A stretch of DNA of 54,977 bases, filler included, from Bipalium vagum (lineage: Eukaryota): NCBI GenBank assembly GCA_037834085.1. It is 3 parts of 3 records of this genome, joined end to end, with 100 filler letters (N's around TTAATTAATTAA, not from the genome) between each part and the next. Parts side by side here need not be neighbours in the genome. Positions count along the whole stretch, not along the records: positions 36,197 to 54,977 come from JBBMKC010019907.1; 2 more parts are not named here. The stretch is one strand, 5' to 3'. Of this stretch, positions 38,976 to 53,000 are shown in pieces. Position 1 is the first letter of the stretch. Each line of letters opens with the position of its first letter. A program made the translations under genes and the position numbers. The notes under the pieces are model-generated. The model made no database searches. It was not told the origin of the DNA and was given only the letters and a program-made list of their open reading frames with translations.

Positions 38976-41539
38976 TAATTAAAATATATAATACCTTAAG
39001 TTATCGCTTTAAATAAAATAATATCTAAATATTGTTAATATTGCAGATATATTGTCTATTAGGTTTTAAAACATTTTCTTTTGCATAATTAGCTTAGAAA
39101 GAAAAAATATATAATTTATTTTTTCACCCAATCTCTACTAGAGCTATATATATTGTTAAATATATAATTCCAAATTTATTCCTAAATCAAATATTTCAGA
39201 AATTAGATCAGATTTGGAGATTAGTGAGAAATGCCAATTACTTTACACTTATTCTACAGAAAAGGAATATAAATAACAAACTATTTCTCAATTTTTTTTA
39301 AATAATAATAACAGTAATTATTATAAAAAAAATATATTTTAACTAGTTTTAAACAGTCACTTTAATACTAAATGATTATTCGATCTATTTTTATAAATTA
39401 TTAATTAATATTTTTGTAAAGACTAAAGTGTATTTCTATTACATTCGATTTGTATCGTAAATAAATCATTAATTGATTGTAAACAATTGTTTTTGATTAA
39501 TACCATTTGCAGTCTTGTATTAATTCGTAATATTTTCAATATTTATTATCACTTTTCAGTTCTTTTTTCTTTCCTGTTTATTTTTTTATATTTTTGTGCG
39601 TGGAGTTATTTTTAAAACATGTTTACGAATATTATTTATTTCTATTAATTATTTCTATTATTATTCTATTAAAAACATATCTCATCGTTAGGAACAGAGT
39701 TTTCCCCCATTTTGACCAAGTTATGAATTCCATACTAGAAAAATTGTAATTAAAAATGGAATTTTTAAAAATTTTTTTAAAAATCTCAAAATTTGATACA
39801 TATAAAATATTGAATCATTTCATAATATTGTTTTAATAACTTATTTTCCTTTTAATTGATTCGTTATTTAATAATGAGTTCATTTTCGAAATACTAAAGT
39901 TATGTGAATCCCCTCTCCGACCCATTACTTCATTTCAGCGCTTGGACTTTAAGCTATCGTTATCTTCGGCTCATGAAAGTATTTATGCTTCTGGAACCTA
40001 CAAAAGATAACACTTAACAATATTAATTCAATTGAAAGAAAAACAAGAAAATATATTGTCTTCCACCAACCCAGCATATGCACTGTCATATCCCCTCCCA
40101 TATATAGCCCTGTTATCTGTTCCATTTCATTTCGAAAGAGTCTTACTATTTTGAATCGAAATGCTCAAAATGTTGTTTATGAGATTAGATTTTTCTGTTT
40201 TTGGTATTGTCTTATTTTTACATTTTTCACACGATCAATACTCTGAATCTTGGAATTTATACCAATGTATAACGGATTGTAGAGTGGTCTTAATGGTTCT
40301 ACCCTTATAACGGTATTTTGTTTTTGTCCTCATTGATAAACAATACCAGAACCATTCATTATTTTTTAAATTTTAATTTGCACATAAAAACCAAGATGCT
40401 TGTCGTCATCCTCGGATCCATATCAATTAACGATTGTAAGTGATAAAATAATCATAAAGTGAAATTAACTGTTTAGTTTATGTTACAACCTTTGCTTCTG
40501 TTCTGAAAAGTTTGCATAGATCTCGAATCTTGGAACTTGGCTTCATTGCTTGATAGTTCAGTTTGAAGAGAATTTCGTTTTTCTTTTACTGCTTTCTCGG
40601 TAATTTACAATGGAAAGAATGGCAAGGGTAACTCGTTTTTAGAATATCAACATGGACAGTTCAGAAAAATGGATTCCACATTCATACCTTCTCCCAAATA
40701 TATATTTTATTTATGGGATCAAAATCTCCTTTTGGAACTTCATTTTATTTCTTATGTTTTGTCCCTTTCTAAAATTCTTGAAATTTTTTTGTATTTAATT
40801 CACCAAAAGTTTTTAAAGCTTTTTGCATTATTTTAAAAATTAATGTTAAGATATTTCCTTTCCTTGTTTTCAAGATTACATCTAATCATAATATAATAAA
40901 TAATATTAAAGTAAAATATTAAATAAGTAAATAATATAAAGTATAAACTTTATTAAAATTTATAAATATAATAAAATAAATGGATTACAATTCAAAGAAA
41001 TACTTAAATTATTAAATATTATATTATTCTATAATTATTAAATAATACATTAATTATGATTTCCAAATTTATAAATTAAAATATTAATTTTTTACTTATC
41101 TCAGTTATCCTTTAAATATTGATTTGAATTTGTTTATTAAGAAAATTTAAATCTTCAAATTCAATATTTACAGAATTTAATATTTTATTTATATTGATTA
41201 ATTTTGATTTAGTTATTGACTTAACCTTGACTTCGGATAATTTTATGTTTATATTTTATTTCAATATTTTGAAGAAATTTTAATTTTATTGTCTAATGAT
41301 TGAACTTATTTTTATTAATTATTATTATTTAATTATTAAATTAAAATTTTTTTTTAATTTTGAAAGTAAAATAATTAATATTTTAAATTTAGGTTATTAT
41401 TTATTTATTTATTATTTTATTTTATTTTTAATTATTTAATACCAATTATTCAATAATTCAATTATTGATTTTTTACTTATTAATTTAATTTAAGGATGAA
41501 ACATGTTGATTTAAATTTCTTAATGTTACTTTGAGTAGA

Positions 41540-42675
41540 ACTGGAAAATAAATAAACGCGATTGAGATCAAAGACCCGGAAATAAAAAAAACTAAAGTGG
41601 ATTTCTATTTGAGTGAGGTTTTGTTTAATGAATCTTGGGCGTTTGTCATGTTTATTCATTTTCCCACTACTTATTTAGCGCGGAAGACTTTTTTATTCTT
41701 TTTAATCAAATTTTTGCAATTAGCTTCTTGCTGTTGTATTTTTTCTGTCAATTTATATACTTTCTCTCATTTTTAAACATAAATAAGCTGGACTATAAGC
41801 TGGGTGAGTCATAATTTCCAACTTCATTTCCTTCAATTTCTGAAAGGTCACGTTTGAACAATGTGGTGGTGCATTATCATGCTGATAAATAAATTTCCTG
41901 ATAAATGAGCGTTCATTTTTTGAAGCCACTTTCAATGTGTCAAATTGTTTGTAAAAACATCAGTATCAACCAATATATTTTTTGGAGCACGTCTAATAAA
42001 ATCATACAGCGAATATCACAACAAGCAGAGAGAACTTTTTGGAGTCGGAATAGCAACTTCATTTGGATCTTTTCCATATCACGGTGGAGAATAAAACCAA
42101 ATTTTCATCGTGATCATACAAATTCTAAGCTAATTGAAATGACTAGCTCTTGAAAGTAAATTGGACAAATTTATTGCCCTTAGTCAAATAATGTGGTAAT
42201 AATGTTCAATTTTTCCATAAGCGCAAATTAACTTCAGAGTAAGTTCTGGGCTAGTAATAGTGGAATTTTCTTTGATCATCGTTAGAAGGACATCATCATT
42301 GATCTCTGTAGACCAATCAACACCTGATTAATCTTCAAGGTCAAAATCTCCAGAATCGAAATTTTTGTCCAACTGACGGACATCGTACGGTTGATGACAT
42401 TCTCTCCAAATGTTCACATATCAACTTGTGTACTTTGGCCGCATTTGTATTGGTTTTGAAATCGTATAGCACAAGAATACTCAGAGCTTTTATAAATAAT
42501 TGGATATTTACAGATATTCTTGATTGATTTTCATTGAATTGAAATACTATCATAAAAGTATCAAAGTTCATCAGTAGATATTCTATAAATAAACAATTTT
42601 TAATACGTTTTTCATTTAATTATATTAAATTTAAGAATCGTGTTTAAGAGTCTAAAAACGTATTAGCCAACCTGA
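41540..42675 (-). mobile_element. Degraded mariner
   Basis: LYDFKTNTNAAK, QHDNAPPH, THPAYSP; TIR ..GCCAACCTGA|TA. Confidence 0.8.
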
Positions 42676-45148
42676 TACTTGCTAAATGGTCAATGTTTTG
42701 TAAAATATCATTATCTTTCTAATACTTTTGTTTTATTATTATGTCATTCTTTAATAACTGAACTCTGCCAAACTAGATTAAAAGATATTTATTTTAAAAA
42801 GAGGATATTTCTGTTTATCAAAAGTCAAGGAAATATATAATAAATAAAAAGAAATAAATCGTAACAATGGAAATAAATTTTTTAAATTGTGATAACCAAT
42901 ATATTTATTATTATATATATAAAAATTATATTTGTTCAGTTATTTCTATTTTCATCAATTCTAAAAGAGTTATTGGGCCCATTTCATAAATTACAATATT
43001 TTACTAACCACAGCTTCTTAAACACATTTTCCCGTTCCAGTAAATCTTGTACATTATTGCAAGGTAATCTTTTTTAGCTTAGTGGATCTTGAATCTCATT
43101 TCAAAGACCATTGACACATTGAAAGTATTACTTTTTATATAAATATATTCAAGAGACTATTGATATTAATACATTGAAAAAGCCCCATTTCTGAGAAACC
43201 AAAGGTACTCAAAAATATTAATTTACAAATTAATTAACAGAATGAATTTTAAAGTGATTTCATAAATTTTCAAACCTTTTTAGGAATTTTTCGAAACCAA
43301 GATGATTGAAAATCATTAGAATATTGTTTAGAAAAAGTAATTGTTTTAATGGTCTTATAGCTCTGATTTTTACTAATTTTATTTTTATTTTTCTGGACTC
43401 TCATTTTGACTTCTTGTTGTCAATAAAAATTAAAATTAATTGAAATAATTTATTAAATTTTATCAATTTCTAACTTAATAAAAAAGTTAAATTTATAAAA
43501 AAAAATAATATAAATAATTATTTTACAAATTTCTAAAAACCAATCTTTTGAAAGGAAACTTTAAAAAAGAAATCCATAAATTACAAATTTGCTCTAAAAA
43601 TTGTAATTTATGATTTTAATGATGTTGATTTCTTCATCAAACTCTAAAATTTTTCAATTTAATTTATAAAAAAAATTCTTAAAATCAATACGACTTAATT
43701 TATCCATCTAAACAAATATTTGATTGCAAAATGATTTTTTCAGAAATTTATTTGTAATAAAAACTGATGTCATTTTGTAATTGCATCTTACTTGGTGGGT
43801 GAAGATGCCTTTAAAATATGTGGGGGGAAAATTAATAATAATCAACCATAAAATGTAGACCTCCAAACATCGTTTTCAGTTTGGAAAAATTTTGATTTAA
43901 AGGTAATAATGAGATGTGAAAATAAAATATAAGGTTTTCGCTAACTGAATTAAAGTCTGAGCTAAAAATTTAGTCAGGAATCCAAATGAAATTCTTTTGG
44001 AAATGTATAAAAAATTATTTGCATTTTATTTATATTGTCACGTAACTGATCAGAGAATAAATCATTAATAGGTCAGACATGAGGTATAATTATATTAAAA
44101 CTAAAATACTTTCAAATAATAATAATTCATAAAAATATTTTACAAATTTAAAAGATATTCTTTCTTTGTCTAGAACTCATTCCTCTAAAGTCTACTCAAA
44201 GATTAAAGGCATATGCTCTTGTATAATCTACTAATTATTATGATTATTATACTTTTTAATGTATAATAAACTCTACGATTTTGTATTGCCAAATGGTCAA
44301 TAACAACTTTAAGAATAGTTTTATAAGTGTCTTTTGGAATTGATTAATGTTTTTACATATTATTTTGTACTGCTTTGTTTTCCCACAAAGTTTTTTGTCA
44401 TTGGAATCCCATTAGTTTATTCTTTGAGTTTAAAATATTTTCTTTCCGTGCTTGCCTACCTGAATTTATCTCATTAAAAATATCAGACAAATAAGCCTTT
44501 TTACCAAAGGCTTTTTTTTTCAATGTGCAATATTCATATTTAACTTCTATAACTTGGCATAAATTACTGAATTTTTACTGATCTTGCTCTTATATAATGA
44601 ACTATTATAACACATTACTCCTGGTGGTAGGTACTTTGTAATGAATGGTACTCAATGCAAAAAACAGTTTGTGACTAATATGCATTTATTTTTGTCACTT
44701 GTTCTACAAATTCTTTTCAATGTTTGACCATAGTTGGAGCATTGTCTATGCAAATGGCAATAAATAAAGTTCATGAGAATTTGATTTCTTGTAAATACGA
44801 GTTTTTGCATTGAAAATATCTTTTCCAGTTGTGAAATCAGATAACTCATGACAACATAGAAGTTGATTAATTATATTATTTTGTGAATGAATCGAATAAA
44901 TGCAATTAATTAAGCCTTTCCAGTAATGTCTGATGAGACTATGAGTCTTCTATTTGTAAAGCAAAATTTGAATTTGCAAGAGTATTTGCAATATTTTATT
45001 AATATTTTGTGACATGTCTTTAATTTTGCAAAAAATTGTGTCATCTGAAAGTATATTTTGCGATTACACTACTCGGGGTCAAACTTTTTTATTAAATGAG
45101 ACTAAACTAATTCTATGCATCTCGTCACGCTGCTCACGAAAATATGTA

Positions 45149-46597
45149 TACTAGTCGTCATAATTTTTAAAATACCACATAATTATTTTCATTCATTTTA
45201 AATAATTGTATTTATGTATAATGTCAAGTTCAAGGGTATTGTACATTACTTACTTCTAAAGAAATATATCTTTCATTATATTAGAAATATTAATTGTTTA
45301 AATAATATAAATAAGGATTGTTTTTAAGTCTACATTTTAAACTAAAGTATAATTTTTCAAACAGTTAATTATTAAGTATTTTATTAAACATTTTGTAATT
45401 ATTTGTTATTTTTACATGATATATTATTTTAAATTTTAGCAATTAAATGAAAAGTTTGGCAGAAAAAACTCAAGCCTTGACTTTAAAGGAAGATGGATTA
45501 AGTTACGATCAAATAGGAAAAATTATGAAAATATTAAGAAACTCAGCCATTAGTTTATGCAGATATGTAAAGAAGGATATCTTTAAGAAAGGTGGACCAA
45601 AGTTTACAATAAGTAAACGAGAGAAGTTGAGTATGAAAAGAGTAATAGGCAAGGTGAAAGCTAGGAATAATAAGGTAAATGCAAATAAATTAAAAATTGA
45701 ATGTGATTTGAATATTTCTTTATCGACTATTAAAAGGCACGTGAAAAGAACTGAAATGAGGTATAAAAGTACAACATTTGATTTATTTAAATTAAAAACA
45801 TAAGGAAGATCAATTGTTTAAAGTAAATAGCTGAATTAGTAAAATCTTGTATGAGACGAAAAACGATTTAGCCTGGATAGCCCGGATGATTGGCGAACAT
45901 ATCTTTCAAAAAAGGAAAATAATTGTCGACAGCGCCGACAATGCTAGGGTGGCGGAATTATAGTTTCGATGATGACACTGTCTGATTGTCTTACAATGGT
46001 ATCAAAGGAAAATTTAATTCAACAGTATATATAGGACAGTTAAATACAGGTACTTTGCTAACTTTAAAATTAAATTTTGGCTACAAGAAGATAATTCCCC
46101 TCTTCACAAATTCGATAGTCAAAGAATTTATGAAATCCAGTGACATTAAGATTTTAAGTTTGCCAGATAAAAGTCCTGATCTAAAAATTGCAGAAGTCAT
46201 TTGGAAATTAATTTCAGATCAAGACGGTCCTCAATTTCAAAATTTCAATAAATTAAATACCAAACTGAAACATTTTGTGGACGACATTAATCAATCCCAA
46301 CATACAAAAATCACAAATTTGTTTAAATATTACGGAAGGCGTTTTTGTACAGTTTTATTAAAAAGAGGTTCCTTGTGTTACAAATAACATGTTTGTAATA
46401 AATATTAATTGTTTGAAAAATTATATTTTTTACCTTTGTCTTTTTATTTACAGTACATGACAAATATTGCATGGGAAACATGATATTTGAAGCTTCCAAA
46501 GCTACTTCTATCATGCAGACACAATTTGAAAAAAATTAAACATTATATTTTTATAATACTTAATTATGTCCTGTTTGAAAAATTATGATGATCAGTA
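45149..46597 (+). mobile_element. Tc3-like Tc1 transposon, pseudogenised
   Basis: Imperfect TIRs of about 37 bp (TACTAGTCGTCATAATTTTT / AAAAATTATGATGATCAGTA); HTH ORF 45447-45803 (GGPKFTISKRE), DEKRFSLDSPDDW, GGGI, PDKSPDLKIAEVIW. Confidence 0.88.
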
Positions 46598-47208
46598 TAC
46601 ATTCAATAGTCTATCTCGTCTAGTTTTTGAAAAGAAATTTAATTTTTTAGCCACTTAAAAAATGTTTTAATTAATAATTATTATTTTTCTGCAGATTCAC
46701 CACTCACTATTTACAATTTTGTGACATGATGACCTCATATTCCAGGGTCTGCTTATTTAAGGCACGTAGATAGAGCAAGGCTTAACATTTGAAATGAAGG
46801 GATCACTTTTTCTTGACTGGCTAAGTGAAAGAAGAGAACTAAAATTGAGTGTAGTGTTAGAGCATTGGCAAAGAAAGACTGTGATTTTTCTTATCAAACT
46901 GATTTGTTTATCTTCGCATTAATACCAAACTCGGATCAGGAAAAGATTTTATTTACATCTATAACTGGAGAAATATATGAGACGAGATCCAATGCCAACA
47001 TCAATGTGTAGTATTGTACTTTTATAGAACCTAGAAAAGTCAGACGTAGCACATGGTCTTATGCTACCGTGTACTTTCAGCCAAGCCATATATACAATAT
47101 TTAAAATTTATAATATATATAATATTTTCATGTCAATAACAAATTTTTACAATTGAATAAAAAAATTAAGTTTTTATTTAATTGTAAAAGTTAGTGGTAT
47201 AATACATA

Positions 47209-48060
47209 TTAGGTTGAAGCAAAAGATCATTCGTTTTTTAATCGTTTATTATTTAATAAGATTTAAGCAAAAATAAAAACATTTATTTCATGATAAACAA
47301 AAAGATCAATCAGTTACGTTTTGTCCACCATAACTCTTTTCCCATCGTTGTACGAATTTTTTTATCCCGTTTTGCTAAAATTGCACTGATCTGGAATCAA
47401 TTTAGTTGCTGGTTGATTGTGCTATTATGTAGTAGCATTTCAAAATAAATGAGACTCTTCCAGTCCAACCACACACTGATCATTGTCTTGCAAACATGGA
47501 GATTTTTTTTAACTTGACACGTTGATGATTCGCTATTGCTTACCCTTGTTTCCTTGTTCGGTGATTTACAAATAGGTACCACTTCTCGTCTCTAGTGACA
47601 ATTCGATGGAGAAATCTTGAATTGCGACCATGAGTTGTTCTATGACGCCCAAGCAAATCTGCCGCAATTGTGAAGTGTTGATTTTTTTTGTTTTCTGACA
47701 ACTCATGCGGTATCCACACACCCATCTTTGAACTTTGTTCATTGATTTTAAGTAACTACAGATTGTCATTTGGTTGCATTTCATTTGAACGCCCAATTCA
47801 CGCCTGCTTTGTCGTCCATTGCCTTTTAAAAGTGCGTTTAGATGCCCCTCATCAATGTCAGTAGGTCACTCAGAACATACTTCGTCTTGTAGTGAGTATT
47901 TATCACTCCTAAATTTTTCAAACCATTTCTAATCTGTCCACACCCTTTTGAGACCTTTTCCATATACCTAAATTTCGTGAGCCGCTTGTGAAGCTTTATA
48001 ACCACGATTGTAAGCAAAAAGCATCAGAATAAATTCCATAAAGTTCAATTTAAAATATCC
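47209..48060 (-). mobile_element. Internally deleted mariner
   Basis: TA|TTAGGTTGAAGCAAAAG terminus; WIPHELSE, RIVTRDEKW, MISVWLDWK, NGIKKFVQRWEK. Confidence 0.85.
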
Positions 48061-48811
48061 ACAAAGTAAATATTATAAATTAGCTCAGTAAAACAAAGTT
48101 ATATACAATGGATAATTAGGTTTCAAAAAATTCATACTTTATATATTTAAAAAAAGTCAAAAATTGTACTGGAAATAAAATATTTTTAAAATTGTTTCAT
48201 TTGTCGTTTTTCAAAATATTAGAAGTTTTTCTGTATAAATTTAAAAAATGTATTCATTTATTTATAATTTTTTGTCCATAATCTTTTTCAATAAGTAAAT
48301 TATAAATGGTTCATAAATAAATTAAGACTTCATTCACAGTAGACCTGAGCCATTTGATAATTTTAACAAAAAATTAATCTCTTTGATTTGACATTTCCGC
48401 TTATTCAATTTTTAAACTATTACAACGTTTTTAGAGAGTTTTTGCCAATTTTCTCTGTTTATTTTTGTAATAATATGCATTTATTTACTTTTCTATTTTA
48501 ATATAAAACAAGAAAGAAAATGTAAAATTAATATTTTGAGTGAATTTTAATTTACTAGTAATAAACATTATTTTTTATTCAACTTCTTATCATTTAAAAT
48601 AATATAAATAGAATTAATATCATTTTATTAATTCAATATTTCTTTGGAGTAAATTTTAAATTAACATTTGTTCAATGCAATTCTTGTTTGGCTAAATTGA
48701 AACTAATTATTTTATAAAACCAAAGTTGGTTTCAAATATCATTTGCTAGAAATCGAATGTGCTACATTGATTCGTACAAAAAAATATAATATTAAATTTT
48801 TTTCTTCAAAC

Positions 48812-50046
48812 TCAGAAGCATGAAGACTTCGTCAAATTACACCTTTGACAACTGCACATTGCCATGGCTGACAATGATCGTTGCCTTTCGTAAACAGCAG
48901 AATTTTGATTTCTTTGAAGGACATTAGATTGGTTTTTGGCTTCTGAAGGTAGTTTTGGTGAATCCATTCCTACTTCTTCGTAATCTTTTACCAACGTACT
49001 CATGTTATAAAGGGCTTCTGTAAATTCGCACTCATCCATACCTTCTCCAACAAACCAATGAAGAAATGATCTCTTGGAATAAAGAAGATAAAATTTGTGG
49101 CACAGCCTCTGCCATGCTTGACCAACAGCCGACGAATTGGTAAGCATGGACACATTTCGATTGGTTTTTGCTATTTTACTGGACGGTACAACTACCGGTA
49201 AGCTGTTATTTATTCCAACTTTGAAACCGGTAGGACACCATTCAACAAACTCTATTGCTTTCGATTGTTTTATTTCCAAAAGAGCTGAATAAATCTCTTT
49301 CGGTGAAATTGGTCCCCGATAGAATAGAGCACATGACATGTACCTACCGTACGTTGTGTCGATTTTTAACATTTGATTACTTCTTTCAAAAACGGTACGG
49401 GTCAATTCCCTTATGGATAGACTTTGACAACTGGTTTTTTCTACTGGAGCAACTGGTGAAAAATTACACAGAGGAAAATGAATTCTGGGATATGGAACAA
49501 GGTTTGTGCTCAAAACTGTCAATTCACAGCTCAGCACATTCTCAAATCTCATTGAAGCGGTTATTGAAGAACAAACTTGGGCCACTAATCGATTGATTGA
49601 ATTAAAAGATGGAGAATTTATGCTTAAGTAATGCGTACAGATATCGTACAAGGCCTCATTGTCAAACAGAAGACCAACATCAACATCTTCTATACAAAAA
49701 TGTTCTGCAATTATTGAATTATATGGCTCAACAGTAGAAGTTGACAAAGTCGGGCAAGGATAAATTGGAATTTCAATTTTTGCAATTTTAGGGAATTCGG
49801 ATAATACATCAAATATAGCCGAAGTGAGACCAGAACCTGTTCCTCCACCAAGAGATCGAAACATCATAAAACCCTGAACATAATTTGATGCTTCGAAAAG
49901 TCTGCGAAGTTCCTGGTTTATTTTAAGCAAAAGCAGCTTTCCTATTGTAAAAAATCCTCGAGCAAAGTTGCTTGAAGCGTCTTCAGGTCCCGAAATTAAT
50001 CTGTTAGGATGATATAATCCTCTGTAAGAGCCTATTCTAATTTCAT
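48812..50046 (-). CDS. Alpha-tubulin exon 3
   Basis: ttag|(D)[30 protein letters not shown] ... KSSCF*. Confidence 0.95.
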
Positions 50047-53000
50047 CTAAAATATGTTAAATTAAAAAACTTCTTCATACATATTTAATGCCTTTAATTT
50101 TAATACCAAGTATTAATATTATTTTTTTTAATAAATTATCTGTTTTACTGAAAGAAAATAAGAACTGACATAACTAGAGTCTCTAAAATTACCGTATAAA
50201 TTATTATAATAAATCTGTAATTTCAGATAAATACATAACTTTATTTAAACAAATAATTAATTTAATAAATAACAAATATTTGTCAATATTTGAAATAAAA
50301 GTATTAGGAACCCTTGAAATATGTTTGAGAGGTGAATAGATTTTTAAAAACAAAATAAATAAATACCATGAACTTTTTACCATCAATCAGAATGATCCAT
50401 GTAAAATATCAAAATTCACTGCATCTATTTATTTTTAATATATAAAAAATAAATAAGTTTTATTAATACTTGCATCAATAGGTTCCACATATTCAATTCT
50501 ATATGAGGATTTCGGAATAAGAGAGCAATTTAACAGATCGATATCAGGTTCTTCAAAATTAATAAAAAAAATAACATTAACATATAGACCTTTTAGTAAT
50601 GTTTGGTCCTGCTTAAATGCTGTTCAAATAAATGTCATTTTTAACCCTTGATGAAACTTTAGTATAGTATTAAAAATGCCAATCAAAATAATAATTAAAA
50701 AAACCTATACGTGTTGAAGGAAAATATATTATTACATCTTCAATATACTGTTTAAATATTTTCAGTTTATTTGTTTTTTCTGTTTTTAGATAAAAAATGT
50801 AATTTAAAGTGAGTAATTTAAATAAATATCTATTGTGATGATTTCGATGTATCTTACTGTAAAGAAGAACTAAAATAAATTGAGAAATTGGATAAAGTAC
50901 ATCGATCATATTACTAATATAAAGAATAACTTAAAAAGCATCTTTTTTTACGAGGCTAAAAATTTCGTATAATGCCACAATTTATTAACTTTTATTACTG
51001 TAAATTAAGTGCAGTTTTAAATTTAACTATTCACATTAACTCATATGTCAAGGTCATTTTTCAAATTAATTAACCTATGCAAATTTATAATGAAATGGTA
51101 AAAGTATTAAATATTGCCCCATCAAACACCATAGTTTCATATGTACTCTGATATTTCAATGTTGGTGTAAAAGTATTGAAGATAATTATCGTTCTAAATG
51201 ACTCACAAGAAAAACATTGTAACAAATGTTTAATTCTATAAGTCATATAGGGATGAATGATCATCAGTTCACTGATTTAAATCTCTGAGGCCATGGACAT
51301 CTCAACTGAACGCGTGCTCCACATTTTGAAAGGGGATTTAGGCTTCAGAAAACTTTATGTAAGATTGATTCCGCATTTTTATATAAATAAAAACTAATTT
51401 TAATGTTTACTTTTTAGTAGATTTATTGAACCGTCCCACATTCCAAGATGAAAATAAAAATGATAAAGCGATTCTACTTCCAAATCAATGTTATACTACC
51501 TAAAATTTTAACCGTAATTTTCTTTATCACTTATATTTTCAGGTGAATGATGAATTATTTTTGATTTTTAATAATTTTTTTAAAATAATAAATACATATA
51601 GAAATTCAAAAAATATATATAATATTAAATAAATTTTCAAGAAAAATTTAAGGTATAATTTGATTGAAAACAATTTAATTTAATCAAACAATTTAAATTT
51701 ATGGTTGAATGATGTATCATGGAAATAGATTTAGAATCAAATTATACATACCAATGACAAAAAGTTACTATTGCTTTAATAAAAAATAATGAAAAATTTT
51801 AGAAATTGAAAAGAAAATCAGATAAATAATCAAAAATATTTTTATAGGCAATATTAATATATTAATTTTTATATATTTATATAATATTATTATTAAGAAA
51901 TTAGTAAAATAAAATAATTTTTGTCTATAATACAATGTTTAATCAAAATAATTTTTAGATTTTTTCTATTATATTAATTTTTGAATTAAATAATTATTTT
52001 AATCGTATATATTAAGATTCGATCTTTAATTTGAGGTGAAAAATCATTTTAAAAAGGCAAATTATATAACATCTTCGATGAATAAAATTAAAATCATATA
52101 AAAAATAAATTCTAATTTTAACTTATATTTAACAACTTATAATTAATATAATAATATAATAAATATATATAATAAATATATTATATAAAAATATGTAATA
52201 ATTGTAAACCATTAATCATTTTTTTATTAAATATTAAGTAAAAGATAATATTTTAGTGAAAAATAATCACTCTTCCAGGATTCTTATCTTAATGACTTGA
52301 GCGAAACTTATGTTGTTTCCATATTTAGCCTTTATTGTTTATTCAATGATTAAAAATCCTATAATATGCATAACTTTACTTTTTTCAAGTATGAATTGAA
52401 ATCAAAATTTTCTTGTTTATAGATAGAAATAAAGTTTAAAACAATCTGACACCCTCGATTATCATACTATTTGGTGCAATATCGGCTTTGCGAACTGATG
52501 TTGAATTTTGCTAATATCCAGCCACTTTGATGACCACCGCCGGTTGTCGTAGGCAATTCATTTTTCATCGAATCTCATAATACATCGAAGAAGTGAATCG
52601 TTTTGTGACGCAAGAAAAGCGCGGAGCATATTTCACAACGAAAAATGTTCTGAAAATGGTTCAATTCATGAGATACCCATTTACCGAACTTTAAAATTCT
52701 TCCAAGTTGATGGAGGTGGTGTAGAACTTTTGGCTGATTAACGTATGGCTTTTTGACAAGCTCACGACCCGTTGTATTTGCATTTGTCTCGATCGAGATC
52801 TTTAATTAATTATTTTCAATTACTTACATCACTTTTACAGCTCCCATCTCCACTTCTGAATTTTTTGCACGATGCTTACTTTTTCTGTACCTATACAGAA
52901 TGCTTTTATATTTTACGAGTGGTCTCCGCGAATTATTGCCCAATTTGAACTTGTACAGAACAGCAGTTTGTAATTGACATTTTTCTAACTTGACCTTTAC

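Noticed and set aside
40870-41500. Near-pure AT stretch
   Set aside because: No periodicity or ORF; typical background for this genome.
49255-49596. 113-aa ORF on the + strand
   Set aside because: Antisense shadow of the tubulin exon, with no independent evidence.
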